A program made the translations under genes and the position numbers. The notes under the pieces were generated by a model. The model was not told where the DNA came from, ran no database searches, and saw only the letters and a list, made by a program, of their open reading frames with translations. From the human T2T-CHM13v2.0 reference genome, Homo sapiens, in the NCBI RefSeq assembly GCF_009914755.1, contig NC_060932.1: a stretch of DNA of 64,000 nt. One strand, written 5' to 3'. Below, one piece after another: positions 29,903 to 43,581 of this stretch (the stretch's first letter is position 1; the number at the start of each line of letters is the position of its first letter).

Positions 29903-30624
29903 ATTCCACTTTATGTGTAGTGTTTTTTGAGGCCTCATTTAGAGAGTTTTTGGCTACTGCAAGGTCATTGAGATATTCTCTTATATTATTTCCCAGAAGC
30001 TTTTATGTCTTGCCTTTTACTTTTATTTTTCTTTTTTGAGACCAAGTGTATTTCTATACATTTTAGAGTCCACATGTCAATTACTACTAAAAAGGACATG
30101 CTGAGATTTGTTAATGAGATTGCATTGAGTTTACAGATTAATTTGAGAGGAATCAAACCTTCATAATATTGAGTCTTCTAATCCATGAATGTGGTACGTT
30201 TCTTTATTTATTCTGACTTCTTTAACTTCTTAATCATGTTTTATATTTTTCTCTGTAGAAGCTTCACACATCTTTAATGCATAGGTATTTATGGGATTTT
30301 ATTTTTGCATTCGTAATTTTTAAATGTTTAATGTCTAATTGCTGTTATGTAAAAATACAGTTGCTTTTATAGAAAGAGCTTATATCCAGCAAACTTGCTG
30401 TATTCCTTTATTAATTCTATGATCTGTAGGTAGATGTGCTTGTGTTTTCTCTGTACACAAATGTGTCATTTTGATAAAAAAATTTTATTCTTTTTTAATT
30501 TCATATCCTTTATTTCTTCGTCTTGCCTTATTACACGGGCTAGGACCTTGGAATGCTGACTACTACTGGGCATTCTCATCTCATTCCTCTTCTCACCATT
30601 TAGTTTACTGAAAGATTTTTATAG

Positions 30625-30942
<318 letters not shown>

Positions 30943-31747
30943 TTTTATAGATATCTTTACCAAGTTAAGGAAGTCTTCTGATTTCTTAGGTTTCTCAGCT
31001 AATCATTCTTTATTATGAATAAGTGTTACATTTTAACAAAAGCAGTTATACATCTATCGAGATAATCATGTGATTATTTTCCTCTATTCTGTTAATATAT
31101 TAAGTGACATTGATTGAGTTCAAAGGTAAGTTTGAGACCTAGAAATCCTGGAATAAACCCAACTTGGTCATGAAGTATTATTCCTTTTATATATAACTAG
31201 ATTTGGTTTGCTAATACTTGGTTTAATATTGTTACATTTATGATTATGAGCGATTTCTTGTGATTTTTCTTTCTTGTAATGTCCTTGTTAGGTTTCAGTA
31301 TTAAAATTTGTGAGAGATTGACAATACTTCTTCCTTGTTTGCAAAAATTTACTGATGAAGCGTTCATGACCTAGAATATTCTTTTTGACAGAAGTAAATT
31401 TATTATAAAGCTGATAGCATGCTGTTTTACCTAGTGTCCTCACACAAAGGTATAGGACCAGAGGTTGTCTTGCATTGCCGTCTTATCCTATTGCACCCAG
31501 CATCAAATGGTGACAAAATACAGAGTTCAAAATTAATATGTGGAAAATTCTTCCATTATATAGATGAGTAGATTGTAAGCAGAGGATTTGGTTCTTCTCA
31601 GTGAGTAGTCAAAATAAATCTCCTCTCCTGTCAGGAATACACTTGATAATACCCTGACATTTTATAGTTTACATATGAAAGAAACTTAGAGGTATCTCTC
31701 AAATTTGAAAATCTTAATTTATGTAACATTTCAATAATGACTTATGA

Positions 31748-31985
31748 ATCTCAACTCACTGTAACCTCCACTTCCTGGGTTCAAGCGATTCTCCTGTCTC
31801 AGCCTCTGGAGTAGCTGGGATTACAAATGTGTGCACCACCACGCCTGGCTAATTTTTGTATTTTTAGTAGAGAAGGGGTTTCACTATGTTGGCCAGGCTG
31901 GTCTTGAATTCCTGACCTCAGGTGATCCACCCACCTCGGCCTCCCAAAGTGCTGGGATTACAGGCATGGGCCACAGCACCCGGCC
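31748..31985 (-). mobile_element. AluS-type SINE lacking its 3' end and tail
   Basis: Begins ATCTCAACTCACTGTAACCTCC, ends CCCGGCC; no poly-T. Confidence 0.9.
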
Positions 31986-32618
31986 TGAAAATATATCTAC
32001 ACGGTTTTTTTTTGTTTTGTTTTTTAACTGAAGAACAAACCAACAATGGTGGTAAGTGGCTTGCCAAAACTCACACGGCCGGAAGTGATGGGCCAGAAAG
32101 AGAAAACATGAATTCTGAAGGCAGATGCAACCCAGCTTTAATCAATAACTTTCGACTTGCTAGCTTCATGCTTATGGGCAAATTATATACCCACTGTCAT
32201 TGCCAGTTTCATCAGCTGTGAAATGGATAATTCACAAGGATAAAGCCTGTTCGGGGGCCACTGGGAAAATCAGTGATTATATACATGTCAGTACCTAACA
32301 CAAGGCAACACTCAAGAAATGAAAGCATTATTCTTCCCAAACACTCTAGAGCCATCCCCATCATCCTGGGAAACTTCTTTTAATGTTTTCATTTCACATG
32401 TATGCTGATATCTTTTCAAAGCCACACTTGAATTTGTGCCAAACCAGAAATGACTCCCCCAAAGACTTATTACCTGTATCACTCATTACCTATATCCTGT
32501 CCTGCTCATCCCTGTCTAACTACCTGTAACAAAAAAAATATATATACACATAAATATATATATACACATAACAAATATATATATATATACACACACACAC
32601 ATAACAAATATATATATT

Positions 32619-33461
32619 TGTTACAAGTAGTTAGGCATGAACAGGGTAGGAGAGGGCTTTTTCCCATCCACCAGGAGTATCAGGTGCTGTTTTGGCAATT
32701 GCCACATTGCCTCTCTAAAAGTGATAAATTGGCAGCTGGTGCCAGGGAGAGGCCGTTTCCTGATGCTCCACACCTGTTGCAAAAGTGTTAATTGAATGTA
32801 GGCACCAGGGAGAAGAAACTTCCTGGGCATGCACCTTAAGAGACAAAATGGCGGAGTATGATCTTCCAAAGGCACCCACCGGAAGAGGGGAATAGCCTCA
32901 GATGGGCATGCATACAACTTCCTAACCCTTTTATGCCTGAGGTTGCAATTTTTTGAATTTTTGCAATCAGACCTTGGCAGTGACCTTGAGCAGTAGGATA
33001 TAAATAATTCCCACATGCTTAGCGTTCCGGTAGTGGAACACTAGGCATAAATGGGATTTATTAAAGACACTGCACCTACTTACCTCCCAAGGATAAGGAG
33101 GGCACTGCACATATGGGCAGCTCGTGCTAAGGGAGGAATCATGTGGAAAGGGCCAACCTATAAATTCCTAGGATCATGGTTAAACACTGCACTTGACCTC
33201 AGTGCCCGCTTGGGTCTCTTCCAACCATACTTTCCTTTCCTTTCTTTCCTGCTCTAAAGCCTTTTAAGTAAACTTCCACTCCTGATCTGAAACTTGCCTT
33301 CATCTCCTTTTCTGTCTTATGCCCCTCAGTCAAATTCTTTCTTCTGAAGAGGCAAGGATTGAGGTTGCTGCAGACCCATATGAATTCACTGCGGTAATTC
33401 AGATACCTTCCACCAGTAATATATTTCATGTCGTGATACTTGGATGTTTGCCACTACTAAC
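32619..33461 (+). mobile_element. MER50-family (B/C-like) ERV1 solo LTR
   Basis: TGTTACAAGTAGTTAGGCATG start, AAAATGGCGG, TATAAA, and GAGGCAAGGATTGAGGTTGCTGCAGACCC 3' part shared with 34514-35221. Confidence 0.8.
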
Positions 33462-34513
33462 ATATTCATTCAATATTCTACTATGACTTATTTTCTCATT
33501 CAAAGAAATACTCATTTTCATGTGTAATATTGTATTTGTACTTATATATATATTTTTTCTTACACAGTATCTTCAAAGGTGTGTACAAGAGCCCACAAAG
33601 CTAGTTTTGTCCCTGATTTGTGGGAATTTTAAAAATGATGAACTAATTTATAATTATACAATGCTTCATGTTGGTTTTGATAAGTCCTTGCTAGGAAATT
33701 GTTCATTTCACCTAAACATTTTTTAATCAAATTTGTTGCAATATTCTCATTTTATCGTTTCATATATGCATGTATGCTATTGATTCTGTTTCTCTGGAGA
33801 GCCCCAACTATACACCCCCCTTCCCTAGCTCTATTCCATCCTGCCCAGGGTTTGACTTACAAAGGTGACTTTTCTGTCTGTACTGCCACCGGTTTGTACA
33901 CACTTCTCATTCTCCCTTATTCATTTAATAAATATTTGTTGAATACCTGCCATGCTAATCGCCATATTAAATGCAGAAGATATCTTGTTTAAAAAGAATG
34001 GGCTGGTCCTTATCCTCATAAAGTTTGATGAAGACCCATATTAAACTAGAAATGTAGTAAGATGATCCTCTCACCTTGCTTTATGAATGCTATTTTCCTA
34101 CTTATAGGACTTTTTATTTCTTCTGCAATTCAAGACCTACCCTTCACATGAGGCCTACCTCAAGCTTTATCTGTCTTGTCCAAGCTAATATTTCCAAAGT
34201 ACATAAGAATTACCTTCAATATTTTCCTGTGTGTGTATGCATGTACGTGCTATTTCTTTTATTTTTCATAGAGATAAGAATATACAGAATTAAGCACATG
34301 TAAATGAATGAGCAAATGAGCATATATTGATTGCCTTTGTCTATAGGATATGATAGATGGTCATATCACAAGCTAAGTCATACCTTTGTTTATTATTCCC
34401 TATTACAGACAAACTTCAGAGAGTGTGAGTTCTCCTTGTGGGCAAAATTGGGCACCACTGTTTATCTTATGGCTTCATAGTGGTAACCACAAAGCATTTT
34501 ATCTAGTTCTGAC

Positions 34514-35221
34514 TGTTATAGCAGGTAGCTAGTCAGGCATGAGGAGCCCTCTCCTCCCCACCCACCACACACACACCAGGAATGTCAGGCCACCATCAGG
34601 TGATGGTCAGGCAGTTGTTAACTGTTTCTCTAAAATATAATTAGTCACAGCCAGTACAAGGGAAAGGTAGTCTCCAATAAACAGAAACACATAAAACTGG
34701 TAATGAGCAGCTTCCTGATAAGATCTCAGGAGTTGGGCAAGTGGGCTCAAGTATGTGCATTAAAAGGCAAAATGGCAGAGTTTAGCTGGTATTTGACCTC
34801 CTAGGGACATTTGACTGGTAAGGGAAAGAAAGCCTCAAGTGAGCATGCATACAACTCCAGTAAACACACTGCACATGCTGCCCTCCCAAGTGCTAGCAGG
34901 CCACTCTGCATGCAGACAGCCCACCCCAAGGGAAGATTCTGGAGAGAGGGAACACAAGACCCCAGAAGCATGCCAACATATAAAACCCCAATTCAAAAGG
35001 TCAAACCATGCTCTTGTCTTTCAAATACCCACTTGGCCCTCTTCCAAGTGTACTTTCCTTCCTTTTGTTCCTACTCTGAAACTTTTTAATAAACTTTCAC
35101 TCCTGCTCTAAAACTTGCCTCAGTCTCTCCTTCTGCCATATGCCCCTCGGTCTTATTCTTTCTTCTGAGGTGGCAAGAGTTGAGGTTGCTGCAGACCTGT
35201 ATGGATTTGCTGCTGGTAACA
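34514..35221 (+). mobile_element. MER50 ERV1 solo LTR
   Basis: TG...CA termini, CACCAGGAATGTCAGGCCACCATCAGGTGATGGTCAGG, TATAAAA, AATAAA; 4-bp TSD TGAC/GGAC. Confidence 0.88.
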
Positions 35222-35234
35222 GGACCACTCCATA

Positions 35235-35450
35235 ATAATAGCTAACATTTACCAAATACTTACTATGTGCCAGGCATTGTTTTGTTTGCTTTTTAATTCA
35301 TGAACTTCTGTGATACTCAGAGATCCTATGAGATATGTATTATTACTAATCCCATTTTATAAAGGCTGAAACTGAGGCTTAGAGGTTAAATAGCTCACCC
35401 AATGTCACAGAGCTTGCCAGACCCAAATCCAGGCAGTCTGTTTCCAGTGT
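35235..35450 (-). mobile_element. MIR SINE
   Basis: ATAATAGCTAACATTTA...TACTATGTGCCAGGCA...GAAACTGAGGCTTAGAGGTTAA. Confidence 0.85.
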
Positions 35451-37140
35451 TAACCTTGTTAGCCTTTGGTTGATACTTCTAACCAAAGAGATGTTCAACA
35501 AATACTAGATAGTGTTAAACTATGAAAGCTAACCAATTTAATGAATTTTTGCTATATCAACATAAAAAAAGTCATTGATTTTTACATAGTTGTTGATTGT
35601 AATTCTGTATTTCATGAGCATGATGTTCTGATTTGACTTTAACATGTGAAACACTAATAAAAAATGAGATTAAAAAACACAATTTAAAATACTGAAGTGG
35701 CTGGGTTTATTCTGTAGCATTAGAACAATAAAAAAGGTGAGTATGTTTAGAATTAAAATTATTTTTCAGATGAAAGATTAAGAGAAAAATATTTTTACCA
35801 TGACTCATTTATTGATGCTGTACATTGTATCTTTGCTGTTTCCATTTTCCTTGCAAAAGATATTTGTACCAAAGCTGTCCTTCCCCTGCAGGAGCACAAG
35901 TGTGAGCAGATAATTTCAGAAGTCATAAGCTTATGTATTATTTCTGGAAAATGAGGGACATTACCTTTCACACTGTGATTAAGTGACATTCTGTAATGAG
36001 GAAACTATAATCAAAATTTGAAATGAGAAAGGACAAGATAATATTAATCATAAAGCACAGACTGAAAACAAAAATCCTTAAAATTAAATTATTTTAGGAA
36101 ATGAAGTCATCATCATAATTTTTCTAAGTATTCTAGGTACAGTCATAAAGGATAATGCAGTTTGAATACTCACAAACTAAAGACTCAGAGGGTTTTTTTT
36201 AAAATGTCATTTCATGAGTTATAAAACACTTGCATGTTTCTTTTAATTTTTTGATTAACTCAAGCTTCACTACTGTCTGAAAATACATGTTTCTTTTAGA
36301 CAACTTTGAAAACATAAAAGCAACAAAGAAGAAAGAAGAATTTTAAATTCTTCATTTCGTTGCTAACCACAACTCCCTGCCCCTCCCCCGCCCCTCCCCC
36401 ACCCTGGCTCCCAAGAGAAGCAGCAAGTGTTTATGGCTCATTCAGGGAGAAAACAACAAAGGGTTGGAGAGATTCAGAAATGAGTAGCGTTTTCCCTGGC
36501 TTTCCTATCCACTTCATCACTTTGTCTGCAGAAGAACAGAAGATCGAAATGGCAGAAATTGTGCACATCAGACTCCTGACGTGACATTATGTAGATTTTG
36601 AGGCAGGAAAGTGTCTGCCTCATGCAATTACTAAGAATTCCCCTTAAACGTGTAGAAAAGACAATGTAAAGCTTTTTATGACTTGTTATCTGGGTGAGCA
36701 AACAACTTAATCCCACTGAGTTTGTTGTTTTCCATCGTTTAAGACGAAGATAATAAATAATTTCCCTATCTTCCTAATCTTGTTGTAAAGCTGAAACTTT
36801 GTGTGTGTATAATATAGCACACATAAATATAATATAGCACATATATAATATATTATATATAAATGTGTTTTGGAAAAGGAGGAAGTATTATAAAAGTTTT
36901 GTTAATTTTAGATACAAAAGCAGACTTTTAAAGTTTATACTATTATATGAAGAGAGAGGCAAGAGTTGTAAATTGTTCTTCAAACTTTCATTATGTGTTT
37001 ATTTAGAAAAATTACTTTGTTTTTCTTTACATGAAAAAATAATAATGACAGCTACCATTTAATAGAGCCCTGGCAGTGCAAAGTATTCCACATGCATTAC
37101 CTCATTTAATTCCCTCAATAACTGTTATTGATAAGCAACT

Positions 37141-37315
37141 CAAAGCTGGGACTAGGGTGAGGCAAAGGAGGCATTTGTTTCTGGTACAAAATTTAACAGG
37201 GCACCAAAAACTCAGTTATTAAATAAATAACATTTTAGAATTGTATTTAAAAATCAAAAGGAATCCAAATAAATCTACAATAAACAAAATATCTACATTT
37301 TAATTAAAGGCAGGG
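37141..37315 (+). mobile_element. MER96B-like hAT DNA transposon fragment among MIR pieces
   Basis: GCTGGGACTAGGGTGAGGCA...CAAAATTTAACAGGGCACCAAAAACTCAG. Confidence 0.6.
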
Positions 37316-37324
37316 CAGTTATCT

Positions 37325-37490
37325 TGGGTAACCTTGAGTAAATAACTTCTTTGTGCCTCTGCTTTATTTAAAACGGGATAATAATAATAATAATACCTGC
37401 TCCTTAGGGTTGTAGTGAGGGCTTAATGATTTAATGTATGTGATTAGAACAATGCCTGGCATATTTTAAATGCTTGAAACATGCTGGTTA
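37325..37490 (+). mobile_element. MIR SINE
   Basis: ACCTTGAGTAA...GGGATAATAATA...TAGGGTTGTAGTGAGG...TTAGAACAATGCCTGGCA. Confidence 0.75.
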
Positions 37491-39677
37491 AAATCATCTA
37501 GTATTGTCTTTACTGGTTTTGCAAAACTTTAAATATAAGAAAACTGAGACTCAAAGGGTTTAAAAGGCTTGACCAAGGTTACAAAGTGATTCGCAGTATT
37601 CACACCCAGAAAGTTTTCCTCCAGAGCCCTTTTCTTAATCACTCCACCATACTGTTTCTCATGGGGATGTTATGGAACTTGTATGTTCACAGAGCACGCG
37701 AGTGTGCATGTGTGTGCACCTTATTGGTAGATAAGTGATCATACAATGAAAGCTTTTAAAAATCTCTTGAAATGCTATCAAGTGTTAGCGTATCGACTAA
37801 GATGGGTTTTATTAAATTGGCATTGCTTAGCAAAGGAGCACAAAAGAAACGGAAGAAATACGCTACAGGCAGAGTGTGAGATTAAGAGAGCAGGGCCTTC
37901 ACTTCACTCAAGAGGTTAAGACAGATTATATAACCAGTCCCTTTACATAAGAGGGCAATCCATCTTCTTTAGGAGATATATCAATGGTTAGGATTCAGTT
38001 AGGATATATCAATGGTTAAAATTTAGTTTTAACTTGTTCAACTTGTTCATCTGAATTTAGCTATAGATTTTTTTTTCTTAATGAGAATAAATGGAACTAT
38101 CTGTTAACAGGATAAGTGGGAAACAACACATGAGGTTTTATACAACTCTATCCACAATAGGCAGTGCATGGCACAGAACAAAAAAGCGCTCTTATTTACA
38201 GAGCTTCTGACTTCAGTTACACCTCTTAGTAAAGTGAGCAAAGGATTATTTATACAGGTTTCTAGGTTGGTCACAATCACGCTTTCTAAGAATGATGCTG
38301 AGTTGTTTAAACTTGTGACTCAGTGCTCTCTAACCTTCCTGGATCTGTGTTATTGCCTCTTAACTGTTGTCTGTCATCCAGGTTTTGGAAGACAATTTAC
38401 TTTCCTTTGTGAATGAACAGGGGCAAATTAAAGGATGCATTTCTATGTGTTTCTTTTGAATATTTTCCTCACTGAATACTGGGATGATATAAACTGCAAA
38501 GCCTGTAGTCTGAAGTGTAATCCTATATAGTGAAGTTATATAAGAGTGAGCAGTTCCTCAGAGTCCAGCAATTCAGCAAGAGCCACACACACACAAGATG
38601 CACAACAATGATGAAACATGCGTGAATAGATTTATATAATTGCCAACAAAAGGACATCTTTTTACAAAATGCTGAAATTTGCATGATGTCTTTTTCACAA
38701 CTTGTGTGTATTTCGCAACTTCACAACATATTTATAAGCAATTGGTTCAACTAATAGAAAACATGCCATTTACTTCCCTTATCTTTGGGATCTGATGCTA
38801 ACTCTGCAACTTACTGTTTCTGTACCCCATTTTCTTACCTAAAAGGAGGTTAGTAATGTGACTCATCTCACAAACTTGTTGTGAAGACTGAATAAGATAA
38901 AGCGTGCAAAGTCTTAAGAAGAAGACATGGCATTTAGCAACTAATCAAAAATGTCACCTCTCTCAATATCATTATTACCTTAGAAAAAGTCTGGAAACTT
39001 ACCAAAGTAATCACATCACCTTTAATAATGAGTGTGGAAATGTACCTTCTTGGTTCCAGAGACCCTTATTTCATCCAGGTTTCTAAGGCATCCATTACAT
39101 CATAGTAAAATAGCTGCTATGACCTCTTTGTCAATAGCTGCTATGACCTTAATTATCTGTAGAAGGCCTCTAGAATGAGATTTTTGACAATATGCATTAC
39201 AAGTAAAACTATTCTATAATTATATTCTGTTGCAGTGATTATTGACCATCTTGTTTCTTGCCTTGTTGTAAAAAGATAAAATACAGGTATCATTATCTAT
39301 GTCCACTGAGATAGCGAAGGCTCTATTTCCTGTTTCCTGTTCCATTAGTGCCCAAATGACTGCCCTCTTTAGAGCTGCTCTATAAGCTCCCTGACATACA
39401 ACAGCACAGCTGGGCCTTGCCTTCCTACAACATATAGGTTAACACTTTTGCCCATCACGTTCTAATTAAATAGAACAAAATGGATGACTTTCAATGTGGG
39501 GAAAAATCAGATTTAAGTAAACTAAAAAAATGTCATCAATATTTCTCTTTGTTTGACAGTATTAGATATCACTTTAATGGAAACCTATAGAGTTCTGTTG
39601 CACGATTGATTTTTGAAGGCTTTAAAATTGAGTAACTTGTCATATCTTGGTAGTCTCTATGCAAACACATGTATACA

Positions 39678-39987
39678 TTTTTTTTTTTTTTTTTTTTTTT
39701 ATGTGAGACAGAGTCTTGCTCTGTCACCCAGGCTGTAGTACAGTGGCAGCATCTCGGCTCACTGCAAGCTCCGCCTCCCGGGTTCACGCCATTCTCCTGC
39801 CTCAGCCTCCTGAGTAGCTGAGACTACAGGCGCCCGCCACCACGTCCGGCTAATTTTTTGTATTTTTTTAGTAGAGACGGGGTTTCACCGTGTTAGCCAG
39901 GATGGTCTTGATCTCCTGACCTCGTGATCCGCCAGCCTCAGCCTCCCAAAGTGCTGGGATTACAGGCGTGAGCCACCGTGCCCGGCC
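39678..39987 (-). mobile_element. AluY SINE
   Basis: Full length, CpG-rich, AluY diagnostics (GCAAGCTCCGCC, CACGCCATT, CGTGTTAGCCAGGATGG). Confidence 0.96.
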
Positions 39988-40008
39988 TTACATATTTTTT
40001 CTGAAGAA

Positions 40009-40218
40009 TTTTTTTTGAGATAGGTGCTTGTTCTGCTGCCCAGGCTAGGGTATAGTGGTGCAATCATAGCTCACTGCAGCCTCGAACTCCTGGGCTCAAG
40101 CAATCCTCTCTCCTCAGCCTCCTGAGTAGCTGGGACTATAGGCATGCACCACCACGCCTGGCCAATTTTTAACATTTTTGTGTTAAGAGTCAAGGTCTCA
40201 CTCTGTTGCCCAATCTGG
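40009..40218 (-). mobile_element. 5'-truncated AluJ
   Basis: Antisense right arm plus part of the left arm. Confidence 0.88.
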
Positions 40219-40371
40219 TTTTTTTGAATTTTTACAGCAGATAGAAATATCGGAAAATCTATTTCACCAGGAGAGAGAGAGAGATTTAACAGACATCCAA
40301 GAATGAGGAAAATGGTGAATGCTGTTAATTTTTTTTAGTTGAGAATATTCCCAATTAAAAAAAAAAAAGTA

Positions 40372-40718
<347 letters not shown>

Positions 40719-41525
40719 CTAAGTAACATACAGAACACAGAATTATATCTGCAATTAAATGTAAAATTCTCAACATTTTATTTTTCATTTCTCTATGTTA
40801 ACTTTGTTTCAAAATACAAATATATTTTAACATTGCTGGCTCCGAACAACACTAAATTGATTTTAGAACGTGAAAGATAAGAGCCTTAATCAGCCATCTC
40901 CACTTAGGAGATCTGAGAGTTCAGAGAGAGATGTAAAGCACCATGGTTCCGCTGAAGGGGTTGTTCTCCATTGGCACCTGAAAGGCAGGATTGGGGTGTG
41001 GCTTCCTCATGCCTGAGCCAGTGTGCTTTGCTCTGTTCCTGGGACGCAGACAACGCACCTAAGCCTGTCACTCAGATCCTTTCTTCTAGATCTAGATGGA
41101 AACACAACAAATATTTTTTTGATCAGCACAAATTCCCTCCAACTGCGAGAAAAAATAGCTGACTGCACATGCCCTAGCAAGGCCTGGCCAATGGCTTTTT
41201 TTTTATTCTGTGAGAAGCACGGTGTTTGTCTTCAGTAGAGATTACATAAAATCCTGGCGATTTTGCATTCTGTAAGTTTCTCACACTTACCCACTTTTTC
41301 CTTCTCCATTACTATTTCTCCATTCCAAAGTACTGTATTCTCTCACCTACCTGAGAATAGCTTCCTAGAATGGATCCTCCTCTCTCCATACTGTATTCCT
41401 CCCGCCCAATTGTTTTTTCCGTAGCTAGCATTGACCTTGTAGAATGCACACCTGCTCTCATCCATGTCCATCAACGCTGCTGCCCTCCCGTCTACCACTA
41501 CCACCTCAATGGCTTCCCATCTCTC

Positions 41526-41952
41526 TGATGAAAGAAAAACTTCAGCCGAATTAAACTTAAAGGAGCTTAACTGAGCAACGAACAGTTCACAAATTGGGCA
41601 GCCCCCAGAAACAGCAGATTCAGAGACTCCAGTGCAGCCACATGGTGGAAGAATATTTATAGACAAAAAAGGTAAATAACGTACAGAAATTGGGAAGTGA
41701 GGTACAGAGCAGCTGGATTGGTTACAGGCTGGCGTTTGCCTTATTTGAACACGGTTTGAACACTCAGCAGTGTATGACTGGTTGAAGTACAGCGCTGGGA
41801 TTTGCCAAGACCCAGCTATTGTCACAGGCGCATACTCCTAAGTTAGGTTTTCAATCTTGTCTACCTATTAAGCTAGGTTGCAGTTTGTCCACAAGGACTC
41901 CAATATAGAAGTACAGAGTCCTTCTCAGGTCATATTTAGTTCGCTTTTAACA
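41526..41952 (-). mobile_element. MER57-family ERV1 solo LTR inside an L2 relic
   Basis: TG..CA termini; AAAAACTTCAGCCGAATTAAA, CAGCTGGATTGGTTACAG, GCCTTATTTGAACAC; TSD TCTC/CCTC. Confidence 0.88.
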
Positions 41953-43119
41953 CCTCCCAAGGTAAAATAGAATACTGTTAGCATGTTTACATGTAGATCT
42001 GAGCCGTCTTACCTCTCTGGCCTTATCTTGAAGCAACTTCCTTCTCATTTTCTTTGTTCTATGCTCAAAAGCCTCTTTCAGTCCCTTTTATTTGCAGTGC
42101 TCCCTCCCCCGACAGGGCATGTTCCCCTGCTGCTTTCTGCACCCAGAAGGCATCTTAACATCCTTTCCTCCTTCTCCCTAGGGCTTCACACCTCACACTT
42201 CCACAGCCTCAGAGCAGGCTTCTCTTACTTTGGAGGGTAGGCCACTCATCACAGCACTTGTAACAGTGGTGGTTCTACACTTTTTGTGCAATAATTTAAT
42301 TAATGAAGCACTCTGAGAGTGACTACAATCTCTCACAGATGGGCTGTCTCAAACTTAATGAAGCGGGCTTAGGTAAACATAGAGAAAGACCTGATTCTGA
42401 GCTAAAACTAAACAACAACCACAGCCCTTGTCAAAAAACAGCAAGTGTCAAATATCACCTAAGTAAATTTAAGTTGTTTAAATTCTATTTTTGGAAAGAC
42501 ATTTGTTGAATTTAAATAGTCAGAGAAGAGATTTTATTAACTTTGATTTCTTACTTTTCTATATTGAACACAGTTGACTTACCATAAAAATTAACTTGAG
42601 ATTTTAAAGCTCTAATCAGTCTTTTTTCTGCATTTCGATATGGATCAACTTTATTTTCTTATTTTTATATGTTTTAATTGTATGTTCTTCAATTTCTGAC
42701 CATAGTTATTTTGCCAATGTGATATGCAAAGATGTGTTGTAAGATGCTAATTTTACAGGAATGAAGAGTTGATGGACAAACGCAGCTGATAAAAGGGCTG
42801 GAGTTGAGCCAGTGGTGTGCTGGTAAATGTTTAATAACTTGCTTTCAGAAAAAAATGTACATGTCTATATATATGTACATTATAAATGTTACTGATATAA
42901 AGGATGTATCAAACAAAATTTACAAACAATAATAAACTACAAAGTTCTTTTTACTATAAATTACATGTAGCCAATTGACCCTCACCAGATGCTTTCACTG
43001 ATATTTGCCAAAATACATCCATACATAGTAAATCTACATTTGCAATTTATACATAAGTGTAGTTTTTGCTACTTCTTTGCTAAACCAGATAACAGTCTTT
43101 AAATACTGGAAGATTATTT

Positions 43120-43122
<3 letters not shown>

Positions 43123-43164
<42 letters not shown>

Positions 43165-43180
43165 CGCGCGCGCGCGTGCG
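43123..43180. repeat. (TG)17(CG)10TGCG alternating purine-pyrimidine tract
   Basis: Counted directly. Confidence 0.98.
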
Positions 43181-43276
43181 AGCAGTATTCACAATGTAAT
43201 GAGTAAAGGAAAACATACTTTTAAGTTTAATCTGTATTGCTAACATTTTTCTCCATCATCACTTTTTAAAGTCTAG

Positions 43277-43581
43277 GCCACTGTCCAACAGAAATATAAT
43301 GTGAGCCATATATGTATAAATTTCTGGTAACTACTTAAAAAATAAACAGATTAAAATTAATCTTGATAATATATCTTATTTGAACAAATATATTCAAAAT
43401 AGTATAATTTCAAGCTGTAGTAGATATACAAATTATTAGAGATATTTTACTGTCTTTCTCCATAGTGTCTTCAAAATCTGATGCGTATTTTATACTTCTA
43501 ACACATCTTAATTTGTATTAGTCATATTTCAAGTGCTTGATAGCCACATGTGCCTAGGTGCTACCATCTAGGAAGGTACAG
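43277..43581 (+). mobile_element. MER33 nested in MER63
   Basis: CTGTCCAACAGAAATATAATGTGAGCCA...TTTCAAGTGCTTGATAGCCACATGTG. Confidence 0.85.

Noticed and set aside
32619-35221. Two same-orientation MER50 LTRs as one provirus
   Set aside because: The LTRs differ too much in their 5' and middle parts, and the intervening 1 kb has L2-like, not retroviral, sequence; more likely two solo LTRs.
41343-41825. 160-aa ORF
   Set aside because: Runs through a MER57 LTR into L2; no recognisable domain.
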